A stretch of 64,000 bases of DNA from an uncultured Gammaproteobacteria bacterium (GTDB taxonomy: Bacteria; Patescibacteriota; Patescibacteriia; UBA1558; S5-K13). The stretch is from positions 6,102 through 70,101 of the forward strand of contig CAYRHT010000001.1 of NCBI GenBank assembly GCA_964424195.1, in the 5' to 3' direction. The translations under genes and the position numbers were made by a program. The notes under the pieces are model-generated. The model did no database searches and was not told where the DNA came from. It was given only the letters and a program-made list of their open reading frames with translations. Shown here piece by piece: positions 39,241 to 49,180 of the stretch (position 1 is its first letter; every line of letters begins with the position of its first letter).

Positions 39241-39387
39241 TTAGGAATTTACATTTTCTTCAGCTGCTTTTTTTAAGAAAGTCTGTTCTAAAGTAGAATA
39301 TCCCTTAGAGGTACATTCATTACCTTTTCCAGGGCTTTCATTCTTTGGCTTTCTGATTGATTCTTCATAAAATTCTGTTATACACAT
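39241..39387 (-). CDS. Putative 48-aa ORF downstream of clpP
   Basis: AGGAGG RBS then MCITEFYEESIRKPKNESPGKGNECTSKGYSTLEQTFLKKAAEENVNS; below ORF-track cutoff. Confidence 0.35.
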   Translation of the reverse strand: MCITEFYEESIRKPKNESPGKGNECTSKGYSTLEQTFLKKAAEENVNS

Positions 39388-39410
39388 CTTCCCTCCTAGG
39401 TATTTTCAAA

Positions 39411-39986
39411 TTATTTTATCACTTTATCAATCAAACCATACTTTACAGCTTCTTGAGCAGTGATGTAATAATCACGATCTGAGTCTACTTCAATTTTTTT
39501 AATGTCTTTACCAGTATGTTTAGCTAATAGCTTATTCAATCTTTCCTTAATCTTTAATATTTGTTCAGCCTTGATTTTAATATCAGTAGCTTGTCCTTCA
39601 GCGCCACCCATTACTTGATGTAAAAGCATTTCTGAGTTTGGTAAAGCAAATCTTTTACCCTTAGCACCAGCAGTTAATAATACGGCAGCCATAGAAGCAG
39701 CCATTCCTACTGCAATAGTAGAAACATCACATTTAATATATTGCATAGTGTCATAAATTGCTAAACCATCAGTGACACTCCCACCGGGAGAGTTAATGTA
39801 AAGTTTAATATCTTTTTTAGAGTTTTCTGATTCCAAGAATAATAGTTGAGCAATAATAGTGTTAGAAACAGCATCGTTAATTGGAGCTCCTAAAAAGATT
39901 ATTCTTTCTTTTAATAATCGAGAATAGATATCATAGGCTCTTTCGCCCATATTTGATTTTTCAATTACAGTTGGTATTAAAAACAT
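39411..39986 (-). CDS. clpP: ATP-dependent Clp protease proteolytic subunit
   Basis: [29 protein letters not shown]. Confidence 0.98.
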   Translation of the reverse strand: MFLIPTVIEKSNMGERAYDIYSRLLKERIIFLGAPINDAVSNTIIAQLLFLESENSKKDIKLYINSPGGSVTDGLAIYDTMQYIKCDVSTIAVGMAASMAAVLLTAGAKGKRFALPNSEMLLHQVMGGAEGQATDIKIKAEQILKIKERLNKLLAKHTGKDIKKIEVDSDRDYYITAQEAVKYGLIDKVIK

Positions 39987-39999
39987 ATTTTTATTTTAA

Positions 40000-40974
40000 T
40001 TATTTAGATTTAATGACTTGCCATTGGCCGTTATTCAAAACTAGTTTTCCTTCAATTTCAAATCCAGCTGCTTTTTGATGACCACCACCCCCAAATTTTT
40101 GAGCAATAGCAGAGACATCAACATCATCACGAGTAGTTCTTAAACTACCTTTAACTTTACCAATTTCATATTCTTTTAACAATAGACTAAATCTGTTTTT
40201 CTTGGATAAGTTATTTAAATAGTTAGAAATCCCTTCACTGGCCTCTTCATTTAGATTTAAATTTTCTAAATCTTTTTTAAAGAGAGCAGTGGTTACCATT
40301 CTTAATTCTTTATTAAAAGATATTCTTCGCATTACTATCCCCCAAAGTTTTAAGATATCAATAGTTTTGTTGTAAACATTAGCCTTAGAAATTCCTTCAA
40401 AGTCAGCTCCAATACTTAGGAGTCGAGAAGCAGTTTCAATAGACTGTTTAGTTGTAGAACGATAGGCAAAGTTTCCAGTATCAGTAACTATTCCAGTTAA
40501 GAGAGCAGTAGCCATAGCTGGAGTTATTTTAATATGAGATATTCGCATGATTTGATAAATTATTTCAGCAGTTGATGATGCTTTAGAAATCACTATATTA
40601 ATATCTCCATATTTAGGGTTGGTATAGTGATGATCAACATTAGCTATTCCAAACTTGAATTGAATTTGTTTTAACTTATCAGTAATTCTACTCATATTTA
40701 TATCTCCACAATCTAGCAGAATGCATAAATCATATTGATCGGCTAAATTTTCAGGATTAGTTACAATTTTTTCTATACTTTGTAGATAGTTAAAGTTCTC
40801 TGATGGTTTAGTTATACAAAAGGAAGTCACTTCTTTGTTTGTAGATAGTAAATAATTTTGCATAGCTAAAATACTACCAATAGCATCTCCATCGGGATTT
40901 CTATGAGTTACTAATAGTATCCTTTGAGATTTATTAATAACTGAAATTAATTTTTTTATTTCGTTTTCTAACAT
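40000..40974 (-). CDS. nrnA: DHH/DHHA1 bifunctional oligoribonuclease / pAp phosphatase
   Basis: THRNPDGDAIGS, LDC, DHH, TDTG, SLR, GGGGHQKAAG; follows rbfA. Confidence 0.92.
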   Translation of the reverse strand: MLENEIKKLISVINKSQRILLVTHRNPDGDAIGSILAMQNYLLSTNKEVTSFCITKPSENFNYLQSIEKIVTNPENLADQYDLCILLDCGDINMSRITDKLKQIQFKFGIANVDHHYTNPKYGDINIVISKASSTAEIIYQIMRISHIKITPAMATALLTGIVTDTGNFAYRSTTKQSIETASRLLSIGADFEGISKANVYNKTIDILKLWGIVMRRISFNKELRMVTTALFKKDLENLNLNEEASEGISNYLNNLSKKNRFSLLLKEYEIGKVKGSLRTTRDDVDVSAIAQKFGGGGHQKAAGFEIEGKLVLNNGQWQVIKSK

Positions 40975-41051
40975 TTGTTTATTTTAACTCTAAAACAAAT
41001 TACTAATTTTTAGTAATGATATTTTAAAGATTAGGAATCTTACTATGTTTT

Positions 41052-41381
41052 TTAGCCTTTGTCTAGAGCTTCGCTGACTTCTCTTCTTTTAAGCTCATTT
41101 TCATCTATGAAAAATCTTAGTTCGGGAAGAGTATAGAGATAAATTTTTGATTTTAATTCAGTTCTAATAAATTTAGTTGTTTTGTTTAAGTATTCTAATA
41201 TAGTGCCTCTTTTACTTTCTGGAAGAATACTGATAAATATTTTAGCTATTTTTAAATCAGGACTAACAGTAACTCGCATGATAGTTATCATAGACCCTGA
41301 AGGTATTTCCAAGTCTCTGTTTATTATTTCAGATAGTTGATGTTGAAGTTCACTAGAAACTTGTTCGCAACGTTTAGACAT
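41052..41381 (-). CDS. rbfA: Ribosome-binding factor A
   Basis: ITIMRVTVSPDLKIAKIFIS...LPELRFFID; follows infB. Confidence 0.93.
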   Translation of the reverse strand: MSKRCEQVSSELQHQLSEIINRDLEIPSGSMITIMRVTVSPDLKIAKIFISILPESKRGTILEYLNKTTKFIRTELKSKIYLYTLPELRFFIDENELKRREVSEALDKG

Positions 41382-41383
41382 AA

Positions 41384-43363
41384 TTATTTATTAGTTTCTT
41401 TATATACTTCTACTAAATCTCCTTCTTTAATTACTGGATCACCATCAAATTCTAAACCACATTCTTGTCCTTCGACAACTTCAGTAACATTCTCTTTACC
41501 ACTTTGAAGATTTGAGATTTGTCCTAGAGCAATAGCTTCTTTATCACGGATAATTTTAGCGATAGCATCTTTAATCATTTTACCTTTCAAAACCTTACCA
41601 CCAAAAACTACTTTAGTTGTTGAGGTTTTAAAGACTGCTAATACTTTTAATTCACCTATTTGTTCTCTAACTATTTTAACGGTAGCAAGTTTATTAATTT
41701 TTTCTTCAATATCTTCTAATAACTTATAGATAATTTTATAATTTTTTATAGCAACTACTTTTTCTTTAGCTAAAAGCTCAGCATTAGAATCAGTATTAAC
41801 ATGAAATCCTAAAATAGTAGATTTGGTAGCTTCAGCATCAATAACATCTTTGTCATTAATACTTCCTAGACCCTTTTTAACTATTTTGATTTTAATTTCT
41901 TCATGTTTAATTTTATCTAAAGACTCTATAATTGCTTCTTGAGAACCAACAACATCAGTTTTTAATATGACATTGATTGATTTTGTATTTTCCTCTTCAT
42001 CATCAGATGTTTGAGCTTGATGAGTAGTTTTGTTAGCTACTGTTGTTTTGTTACCTTTTTTCTTTAAGGCTTTAATATCTTTATTATCAATATCAGCATT
42101 GAAAATATCACCAATTTCAGGAGTACTTTTAAAACCAAGAATTTTAACTGGAGTTGATGGTCCAGCTTCATCTAGATTTTTACCTAGATGATCAATCATA
42201 GCTTTTACTTTTCCATAGGCTTGGCCACTGATAAAATCATCACCTAATTTTAATGTTCCGGTTTGAATTAAAACACTAGCTACTGGTCCTTGATTCTTAT
42301 CAATATGAGATTCAATAATAGTACCAATTGCTTTTCGTTTAGCATCTGCTTTTAAATTTTCCATTTCAGCAACTAAGTTAACCATTTCTAATAGATTATC
42401 AATATTCTTTTCTTCCTTAGCTGAAATTTCAACACAAATAGTTTTTCCACCCCAATCTTCAGGTGTTAAATTTATTTCTGATAATTCTTTTTTAACTTTT
42501 TCTACATCAGCAGTATCTTTGTCTATTTTATTAATAGCAATGATAAAGGGTAATTTTTCTTTTTGAGCTAATTCTATTGATTCTAGAGTTTGAGGTTTTA
42601 ATCCTTCATCAGCAGCTACTACTACAATTCCAATATCAGCAATCTTAGTACCTCGAGATCTCATAGCTTTGAAAGCTTCATGACCAGGAGTATCTAAGAA
42701 AGTAACCTCTTTTTTACCAGCTTTAGCTTTGTAAGCACCAATATGTTGAGTAATATTTCCAGCTTCAGTATCAATAATATTTGCTTTTCTAATAGTATCT
42801 AATAATTTAGTTTTACCATGGTCAACATGACCCATAACTACCACTACGGGAGTCTTTACTTTAGAATTTTTATCAGTAGCAAGTAATTTTTCTAGTTTTT
42901 CAACCTTTTCTTTTTCAGTCTCTATTTCTTTTTCATCACTGCTTATTTTTTTAATACCAAATCCTAGATCTTCAGAGATAATAGCAGCTGTCTCATAATC
43001 AATATCTGAATTTAAAGAAACCATTACTCCATTATTCATTAATTCAGTCATTACTTTACTAAGGGGAAGCTCCATTTTCTCAGCTAATTCTTTAACTACA
43101 ATAGTATTTCCAATTTCTATAATTTTTTCAACTTTTTCTACCTCTTCATCTTGATCATTAATTTTAATTTCTTCTACTTTTGATTCTTCTTCTTCAAATT
43201 TAACTTTTTTCTGATATTTCTTGTAAGCAGCTTTAATTTTATCAACTAGAGAGTCGTCTACCTTAATAGCTTTTGCTCCAATATCAAAACCAAGCTCGGG
43301 TAAAATCTCCAAGAGTTCGGATGTTGGTACTTTTAATTGTCTGGCTAGTTCAGTAACATTCAT
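41384..43363 (-). CDS. infB: Translation initiation factor IF-2
   Basis: VMGHVDHGKT, ITQHIGAY, DTPGHEAF, NKID, EGQECG. Confidence 0.98.
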   Translation of the reverse strand: MNVTELARQLKVPTSELLEILPELGFDIGAKAIKVDDSLVDKIKAAYKKYQKKVKFEEEESKVEEIKINDQDEEVEKVEKIIEIGNTIVVKELAEKMELPLSKVMTELMNNGVMVSLNSDIDYETAAIISEDLGFGIKKISSDEKEIETEKEKVEKLEKLLATDKNSKVKTPVVVVMGHVDHGKTKLLDTIRKANIIDTEAGNITQHIGAYKAKAGKKEVTFLDTPGHEAFKAMRSRGTKIADIGIVVVAADEGLKPQTLESIELAQKEKLPFIIAINKIDKDTADVEKVKKELSEINLTPEDWGGKTICVEISAKEEKNIDNLLEMVNLVAEMENLKADAKRKAIGTIIESHIDKNQGPVASVLIQTGTLKLGDDFISGQAYGKVKAMIDHLGKNLDEAGPSTPVKILGFKSTPEIGDIFNADIDNKDIKALKKKGNKTTVANKTTHQAQTSDDEEENTKSINVILKTDVVGSQEAIIESLDKIKHEEIKIKIVKKGLGSINDKDVIDAEATKSTILGFHVNTDSNAELLAKEKVVAIKNYKIIYKLLEDIEEKINKLATVKIVREQIGELKVLAVFKTSTTKVVFGGKVLKGKMIKDAIAKIIRDKEAIALGQISNLQSGKENVTEVVEGQECGLEFDGDPVIKEGDLVEVYKETNK

Positions 43364-43501
43364 TATATTAAGTATTATTTATTAATTTAGTCTCTAATAG
43401 TAGTTTATTTAAGCCATAAAGTCAAGAATGGAAAAATTATACTATTGACATAGTTTTAAATATTATCTATATTGCTATAATGCTTGAATAACATTGAAGA
43501 T

Positions 43502-44629
43502 ATGAGTTTGAATACAGATCAACAAATTTATCAGGCGATTAATAATAGTAAGAATATTTTGTTATTAGTCCCAGTTAATTACAACGGAGATTGTTTATCC
43601 GCTGTTTTAGCTTTCTATAATTATTTAATAAGTCAGACTAAGGGGGACAATATTGACTTTATTCTACCTCAAAAGGCGAAAAAAATATATAGTTTTCTAC
43701 CAAACATAGGAGAAGTAAAATCAAAGTTTGATCATATCCGGAGACTAGTACTATCTATTGATACTTCTAATACTAAAGTGAAGAAAATTGATTATACTCA
43801 ATCTGAGGATAATTTGAAAATCTTTATCAATTCAGTACCGACAGAAATTAACACTGAAGACGTTAAAACCTTCTATGATAACTATTATGATTTAATTATT
43901 ACTTTTAATTCTCCAGATCTAAAATCTTTGGGGGAAGTTTTTTCAGATCATCCAGACTTTTTTCATCAAACTCCAATTGTTAATATTAGCAATCAAGCAT
44001 CTAACGAACGTTATGGAAATATTAATTTTATAGATTTAAAATCTAACTCTTTAGCAGAGCAAGTTTTTAATTTCTTTATTCGTAACAACCTATCAATTAC
44101 TACTGAAATTGCTACCTGTCTTTTGGCAGGATTAATTTCTTCTACTAAAGGTTTTAGTAACAAGAAGGTTACTCCACGAGCTTTGGAGATTGCTAGTAAA
44201 TTAATTGAATTAGGAGCAGACCGAGAACAAGTTATTGAAAGTCTTTATCAAACTAAATCTATTTCTTTGTTAAGAGTTTGGGGACAGATTTTAGCAGAAT
44301 TAAACTATGATGAACAATCTAAGATTGCTTGGTCAGCCTTAAAGACTGATGATGAAGAATTGGAGGTTGATGATTTAATAGAGGAGTTAATTTCTAAAGC
44401 TTCTCAAGCGGAGATAATAGTCTTGTTTAAGATCAAAGCTTCTGATTTATTAAAAGTATATATTCATTCTAATCATAAGCATAACTCCTTTGATTTAATT
44501 AAAGGATTAGCTGAAAAACTAGATATTCTAGGTGATGAAGATTTATTAAGTTTTAATATTAGTGGTTTCCCAGAAGAGGCAAAATACAAGATTCTCAATT
44601 TGATTAAAGAAAATATATCTAAAAGTTAA
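43502..44629 (+). CDS. Degenerate DHH-family (NrnA-like) protein
   Basis: NnSKNILL...NGDCLS...TPIVNISNQASNERYGNINF...IATCLLAG..S.T; DHH and GGGH motifs missing. Confidence 0.75.
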   Translation: MSLNTDQQIYQAINNSKNILLLVPVNYNGDCLSAVLAFYNYLISQTKGDNIDFILPQKAKKIYSFLPNIGEVKSKFDHIRRLVLSIDTSNTKVKKIDYTQSEDNLKIFINSVPTEINTEDVKTFYDNYYDLIITFNSPDLKSLGEVFSDHPDFFHQTPIVNISNQASNERYGNINFIDLKSNSLAEQVFNFFIRNNLSITTEIATCLLAGLISSTKGFSNKKVTPRALEIASKLIELGADREQVIESLYQTKSISLLRVWGQILAELNYDEQSKIAWSALKTDDEELEVDDLIEELISKASQAEIIVLFKIKASDLLKVYIHSNHKHNSFDLIKGLAEKLDILGDEDLLSFNISGFPEEAKYKILNLIKENISKS

Positions 44630-44669
44630 CAAATAGTCATTTATCCGCTATAATTAGTAATACCTGTAA

Positions 44670-44746
44670 GGGTTCGTAGCTCAGTTGGTTAGAGCGCTAC
44701 GTTGACATCGTAGAGGTCAGAAGTTCGAATCTTCTCGGACCCACCA
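44670..44746 (+). tRNA. tRNA-Val(GAC)
   Basis: CTACG-tt GAC at-CGTAG; CCA. Confidence 0.95.
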
Positions 44747-44760
44747 TTAAGTTTTGTTTT

Positions 44761-44836
44761 GGGTGTGTAGCTCAGGGGTTAGAGCGCGACTCTTATAAAG
44801 TCGAGGTCGGTGGTTCAATTCCACCCACACCTACCA
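44761..44836 (+). tRNA. tRNA-Ile(TAT)
   Basis: CGACT-ct TAT aa-AGTCG; A73; CCA. Confidence 0.92.
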
Positions 44837-44929
44837 TTAAATACTCTTGAGAGTATTTTTTTGTTTTCAAAACCATTGACTATAATTAAGTATTGTTTTA
44901 AGTTAAACATAGAATACAATAAAAATTAG

Positions 44930-45202
44930 GATGATTATAATTATAATAGTTCTGGTAGGACCGTAGTTTTTATTTATCCAGACTCCTTAGAAGTATCTCC
45001 CGAATATGTTATTTTTGAGGGAGTAAGTAACGATTTTGCTCCAACAGATCTATTTTCAGATGTTGATGAGTTATTCTACTTTCTGATAGGTTCTATTGAT
45101 GATATTAGAGCTATGCCTTTGTCATTAGGATATTTGATTCAAGATGACTACATTTTACATTCTTATGAGGTCTGGGAAATTTATTTTGTCAAAAAAGAAT
45201 AA
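44930..45202 (+). pseudogene. Startless 90-codon open frame, probable gene remnant
   Basis: DDYNYNSSGRTVVFIYPDSLEVSPEYVIF...EVWEIYFVKKE*; preceded by in-frame TAG, followed by hairpin 45201-45222. Confidence 0.35.
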
Positions 45203-45292
45203 GAGCATAGAAATATGCTCTTATATTTACTGAATTTGATTTGACTAAATTTACTTGGAAGAGTAAGTTAGAGTTAAAGATAAGGAGGAATA

Positions 45293-45487
45293 ATGAGGAA
45301 AATAAGAAGCTTTCTTCAAGAAAATTGGGGATTTGTATTATTGTTTGTAGTTTTTTTACTTTTCTTTATACTTATTATGGCTCCAGAAGAAAATAAAAAA
45401 CTCACTCAGGAACCCCATAGTTTTAGAAATAAAAGCACTGTTCATCTAATTTTGAAGAGTGCTTTTATTATTTTATTTTTCCTCTAA
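45293..45487 (+). CDS. Small hypothetical membrane protein
   Basis: AAGGAGG RBS, N-terminal TM; 3' end runs through a hairpin and overlaps the U32 gene end. Confidence 0.45.
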   Translation: MRKIRSFLQENWGFVLLFVVFLLFFILIMAPEENKKLTQEPHSFRNKSTVHLILKSAFIILFFL

Positions 45488-46694
45488 TTATAGATTGAGG
45501 AGGAAAATTATGAGAACAAGGTATTTTAATATAATAAGTATTATGAGCAGAATCAATCTGTTCTTTTTTATTTACATCAAACATGTCTTTAACTTTAAGT
45601 TTAGTAATAGTTTTATCTTTATAATTTAAAATTTCAATAAATTCTCCTTTTTTAATTTGATTTCGAGCTCTAATGTATAGTTCTTCCTTTTCAGCATCAT
45701 ATTTTTCAACTATTCCCACCATCCGATATTTTTTAATATATCCAGAAGATTCAGGATTCATTGTATTGTCATTATATCCATCCCAGAAGTTAATAGTATA
45801 GTCTCGATGAGAAATATTAGTTAATTCGTTTTGATATTTTTTTAAATTCTTTTTAAATAAAGTAGGAGACTTAGAATAATCATCAATAGCCTTTCTGTAG
45901 GTCATAGCAATGATTGAAACATAGTAAGCGCTTTTCATTCTTCCTTCAATTTTTAAAGAAGCTGGCTTTAATTTAAATATCTCTGGAAACTTCTCTATTA
46001 AACAAAGATCTTTAGAATTTAAAACATAATTAATATTATCTTCTTCTTCAAACTTTAACTTCCTTTCTGGTTTAATAGTTTCATTAGCTTCCCATTCCCA
46101 ACGACAAGGTTGAGTACATTCACCACGGTTAGCATCTTTGTTTACCAAGTATTTACTTAGATAGCATCTACCAGAATAGGAGATACAAAGAGCTCCATGA
46201 ATAAATATTTCAATTTCAGTATTTCCAATAGCTTTTCTTATTTTCTTTAATTGAGTATGAGATAGTTCTCGAGCTAAAACAATTCTTTTTACTCCATTCT
46301 TTTTCCAGAATTTAATACTTTCAGAGTTTAAAGTATTAGCTTGGGTAGAAAGATGAATCGGAATTTTATTCTTTAATCTGTTTGCTACATGAATTACTCC
46401 GGGATCAGCAATAATTAAAGCATCAGGTTTTAATTGATTAAGCTTTTTAATAACTTTCTCTAGTTTTTTAATTTCATCATCGTAAATAAATGAATTTAAA
46501 GCAAAATAGATTCTTTTTTTGTATCTTCGAGCTAATTTAATTGCCTTTTCAGTTTCTGTAAATTTAAGTTCTGATTTCTCAGCTCGTAAAGAAAATCCTT
46601 GCATGCCCATATAACAAGCATCAGCTCCATATAAGTAAGCTGTTTCTAGTTTCTCTAAATTCCCAGCTGGGATTAATAATTCAGGTTTTTTCAT
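45468..46694 (-). CDS. U32-family protein (TrhP/YegQ-like tRNA hydroxylation)
   Basis: PELLIPAG, YGADACY, HLSTQAN, LARELS, HGALCISYSGRC, NRGECTQPCRW, KIEGRMK. Confidence 0.93.
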   Translation of the reverse strand: MKKPELLIPAGNLEKLETAYLYGADACYMGMQGFSLRAEKSELKFTETEKAIKLARRYKKRIYFALNSFIYDDEIKKLEKVIKKLNQLKPDALIIADPGVIHVANRLKNKIPIHLSTQANTLNSESIKFWKKNGVKRIVLARELSHTQLKKIRKAIGNTEIEIFIHGALCISYSGRCYLSKYLVNKDANRGECTQPCRWEWEANETIKPERKLKFEEEDNINYVLNSKDLCLIEKFPEIFKLKPASLKIEGRMKSAYYVSIIAMTYRKAIDDYSKSPTLFKKNLKKYQNELTNISHRDYTINFWDGYNDNTMNPESSGYIKKYRMVGIVEKYDAEKEELYIRARNQIKKGEFIEILNYKDKTITKLKVKDMFDVNKKEQIDSAHNTYYIKIPCSHNFPPQSIIRGKIK

Positions 46695-46809
46695 ATATTT
46701 ATTTTAATTTCTAACTATATCATAACCTTTTTTGAAAAAATAAAAAAGTTTTTGTCTGTTGTAAAGCAAGAGATAGATGCTATGATGAGAATAATAATAA
46801 AATATACTT

Positions 46810-48429
46810 ATGGATAAAAAATTTATAGAAATTTCAGAGATATCTCTTTTTATAGAGCATCTAGAACTTAAAATAAAAAATGAAATCGCTAATATTCTAA
46901 ATATTAGCTCAGAAGAGGTGATTGAATACAAAATTATTAAACGAGCAGTTGATTCTCGTAATAAAAAGAAAATTAATTTTGTTTATTCTGTTCGAGTTGA
47001 GCTAAAAGACCCAGAGAGTGTTCTGGAAAAGATTGAAAACTCAGATATCTCTAAAATAACGAGACATCGAATTAAATTAGCTGAACCTTATAACTATAAA
47101 ATTAAAAAGGTTAAGAATAATAAGAATTCTCGACCAGTAATTGTGGGTTCCGGGCCAAGTGGTTTGTTTATGGCTTTGTTATTAGTCCGTTCTGGAATTA
47201 AACCTTTAATAATTGAGCGAGGAGCTGAGCTTAATGCTAGAGTTAAAGATGTCCAGAATTTTTTTGAAAATGCTAAATTAAATTTAGAATCAAATATTCA
47301 GTTTGGAGAAGGTGGAGCAGGGACTTTTTCTGATGGAAAATTATATACTTTAATTACTAATCCTAGAATAAATTTTATCTTTAATGAATTTATAAAAGCT
47401 GGAGCTCCTCCAGAAATAGCTTGGGATGCTAAACCACATATTGGAACTGATAAATTGAGAGGAGTAGTTAAAAATATTCGACAAGAAATTTTAGATTTAG
47501 GTGGGGAGATAATGTTTAATAGTAAATTAACAGATTTAAAGATAGAGAAGAAAAAAATTAAATCTATTATAGTTAATGATGAAAAAGAAATTAAAGCTGA
47601 GAGATTGATTTTAGGAATTGGACATTCTGCTCGCGATACATATGAAATGTTGTTTGCCAAAGATATTAAAATGGAAGCAAAAACATTTTCCATGGGATTA
47701 AGAATTGAACATTCTGCCGAAATGATTAATCGCTCTCAATATGGAAAATTTTATAATTATCCTTTATTACCAACTGCTCGCTATAAATTAGTAGCTCATT
47801 TTCCAGAAGGTCGTTCTGTTTATACTTTTTGTATGTGTCCCGGAGGACAGGTTGTCGGAGCTAGTTCTGAAAATGGAAGATTAGTCACTAATGGGATGAG
47901 TGAATATGCTCAAGACAAAATTAATTCTAATAGTGCACTTTTAGTTAATGTTAATCCAGGGGATTTTGCTTCAGATCATCCTTTGGCTGGAATTGAATTC
48001 CAAAGACATTGGGAGAATCAAGCTTTCATTTCTGGAGGAGGAGATTTTAATGCTCCAGTTCAACTTGTGGGAGATTTTTTAGAAAATACAGCTTCAAATT
48101 CTATAAAAAAAATAAAACCTAGTTATCAGCCAGGTTTTAAAGCTACTTCTTTAAATAGTTGTTTACCAGATTATATTATTAATAGCATTAGAAAGGCTTT
48201 ACCAATTTTAGATAATAAGATTAGAGGTTTTGCAGATCCAGAAGCTATTTTAACTGGCATAGAAACTAGAAGTTCAGCTCCTGTCAGAATCCTTAGAAAT
48301 GATAAGTTTCAAACTAATATAGAAGGAATTTATCCAATTGGTGAAGGAGCTGGTTATGCCGGAGGAATTGTTTCTTCAGCTTTAGATGGATTAATTGTTG
48401 GAGAGGCTGTTGTGGAAGAGTTGGAGTAG
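46810..48429 (+). CDS. Uncharacterised FAD-dependent oxidoreductase
   Basis: IVGSGPSG, FGEGGAGTFSDGKL, TFCMCPGG, ETRSSAP, GEGAGYAGGI. Confidence 0.9.
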   Translation: MDKKFIEISEISLFIEHLELKIKNEIANILNISSEEVIEYKIIKRAVDSRNKKKINFVYSVRVELKDPESVLEKIENSDISKITRHRIKLAEPYNYKIKKVKNNKNSRPVIVGSGPSGLFMALLLVRSGIKPLIIERGAELNARVKDVQNFFENAKLNLESNIQFGEGGAGTFSDGKLYTLITNPRINFIFNEFIKAGAPPEIAWDAKPHIGTDKLRGVVKNIRQEILDLGGEIMFNSKLTDLKIEKKKIKSIIVNDEKEIKAERLILGIGHSARDTYEMLFAKDIKMEAKTFSMGLRIEHSAEMINRSQYGKFYNYPLLPTARYKLVAHFPEGRSVYTFCMCPGGQVVGASSENGRLVTNGMSEYAQDKINSNSALLVNVNPGDFASDHPLAGIEFQRHWENQAFISGGGDFNAPVQLVGDFLENTASNSIKKIKPSYQPGFKATSLNSCLPDYIINSIRKALPILDNKIRGFADPEAILTGIETRSSAPVRILRNDKFQTNIEGIYPIGEGAGYAGGIVSSALDGLIVGEAVVEELE

Positions 48430-48523
48430 AGTTTATTTCCTAGACTTGACTTTTAGCAAATAGAGGAATAATATAAATATAGGTCGCAACTTTGCGATTT
48501 TTTGTTTATATTATTTTAAATTT

Positions 48524-48919
48524 ATGAGAGAACTTTTAATAAAATTTGTAGAATGGACCAAGTTAAAAATTAGACTGCATATTAGAGATGATCAAGATAT
48601 TTATTTTTATGAGCGAGAAATTTGGTGGGTTAGCCTGGGAATTAATATAGGATTTGAACAAGATGGAAAACATAATAATTTTGAAAGACCTGTCCTGGTT
48701 TTGAAAAAATTTGGAGCTAAAACGTTATGGATATTACCTATGACTAGTAAAGAGAAGGTAGGTATATTTTATTATCACATAGAATATCAAGGCAAAAATT
48801 ATTTTTTAATACTATCCCAGTTAAAATTAATTAGTAGTAAAAGATTATTACGAAAAATTAGAACTTTATCAGAAGATGAATTTGAAGATATTAAACTTAA
48901 GCTAAAAGCTCTTATATAA
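48524..48919 (+). CDS. PemK/MazF-family endoribonuclease toxin, no protein antitoxin adjacent
   Basis: EREIWWVSLGINIGFEQDGK...RPVLVLKK...LPMTS...ILSQLKLISSKRLLRKI. Confidence 0.88.
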   Translation: MRELLIKFVEWTKLKIRLHIRDDQDIYFYEREIWWVSLGINIGFEQDGKHNNFERPVLVLKKFGAKTLWILPMTSKEKVGIFYYHIEYQGKNYFLILSQLKLISSKRLLRKIRTLSEDEFEDIKLKLKALI

Positions 48920-48976
48920 AAAAACGATCCTCGCATCTAATAAAGAAGCGAGGTCTCGGAGGCCGAAGCCCATTCT
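48918..48976 (-). ncRNA. Putative ~60-nt structured small RNA convergent on the PemK gene
   Basis: Minus-strand TTGACA (49010-49005)-16-TATAAT (48988-48983); GGC-UUCG-GCC hairpin; CCUCGC...GCGAGG stem with U-tract; no ORF. Confidence 0.55.
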
Positions 48977-49180
48977 ATTTTTATTATATACTCTATAATA
49001 ATATTGTCAATACAATAGTTATTACTTAATTTTATTAGCTAAAACTCTTGCTTTTTTTCTAATTATATACTAATATATAGGAACTTGGATTGACATTGAC
49101 CGGTCAATGCAAGAAATTAATAATTAAAGGGTCTTTTTTTCATTTCTAATTAAAATTAGAAAATGGAAATAAATATATAT

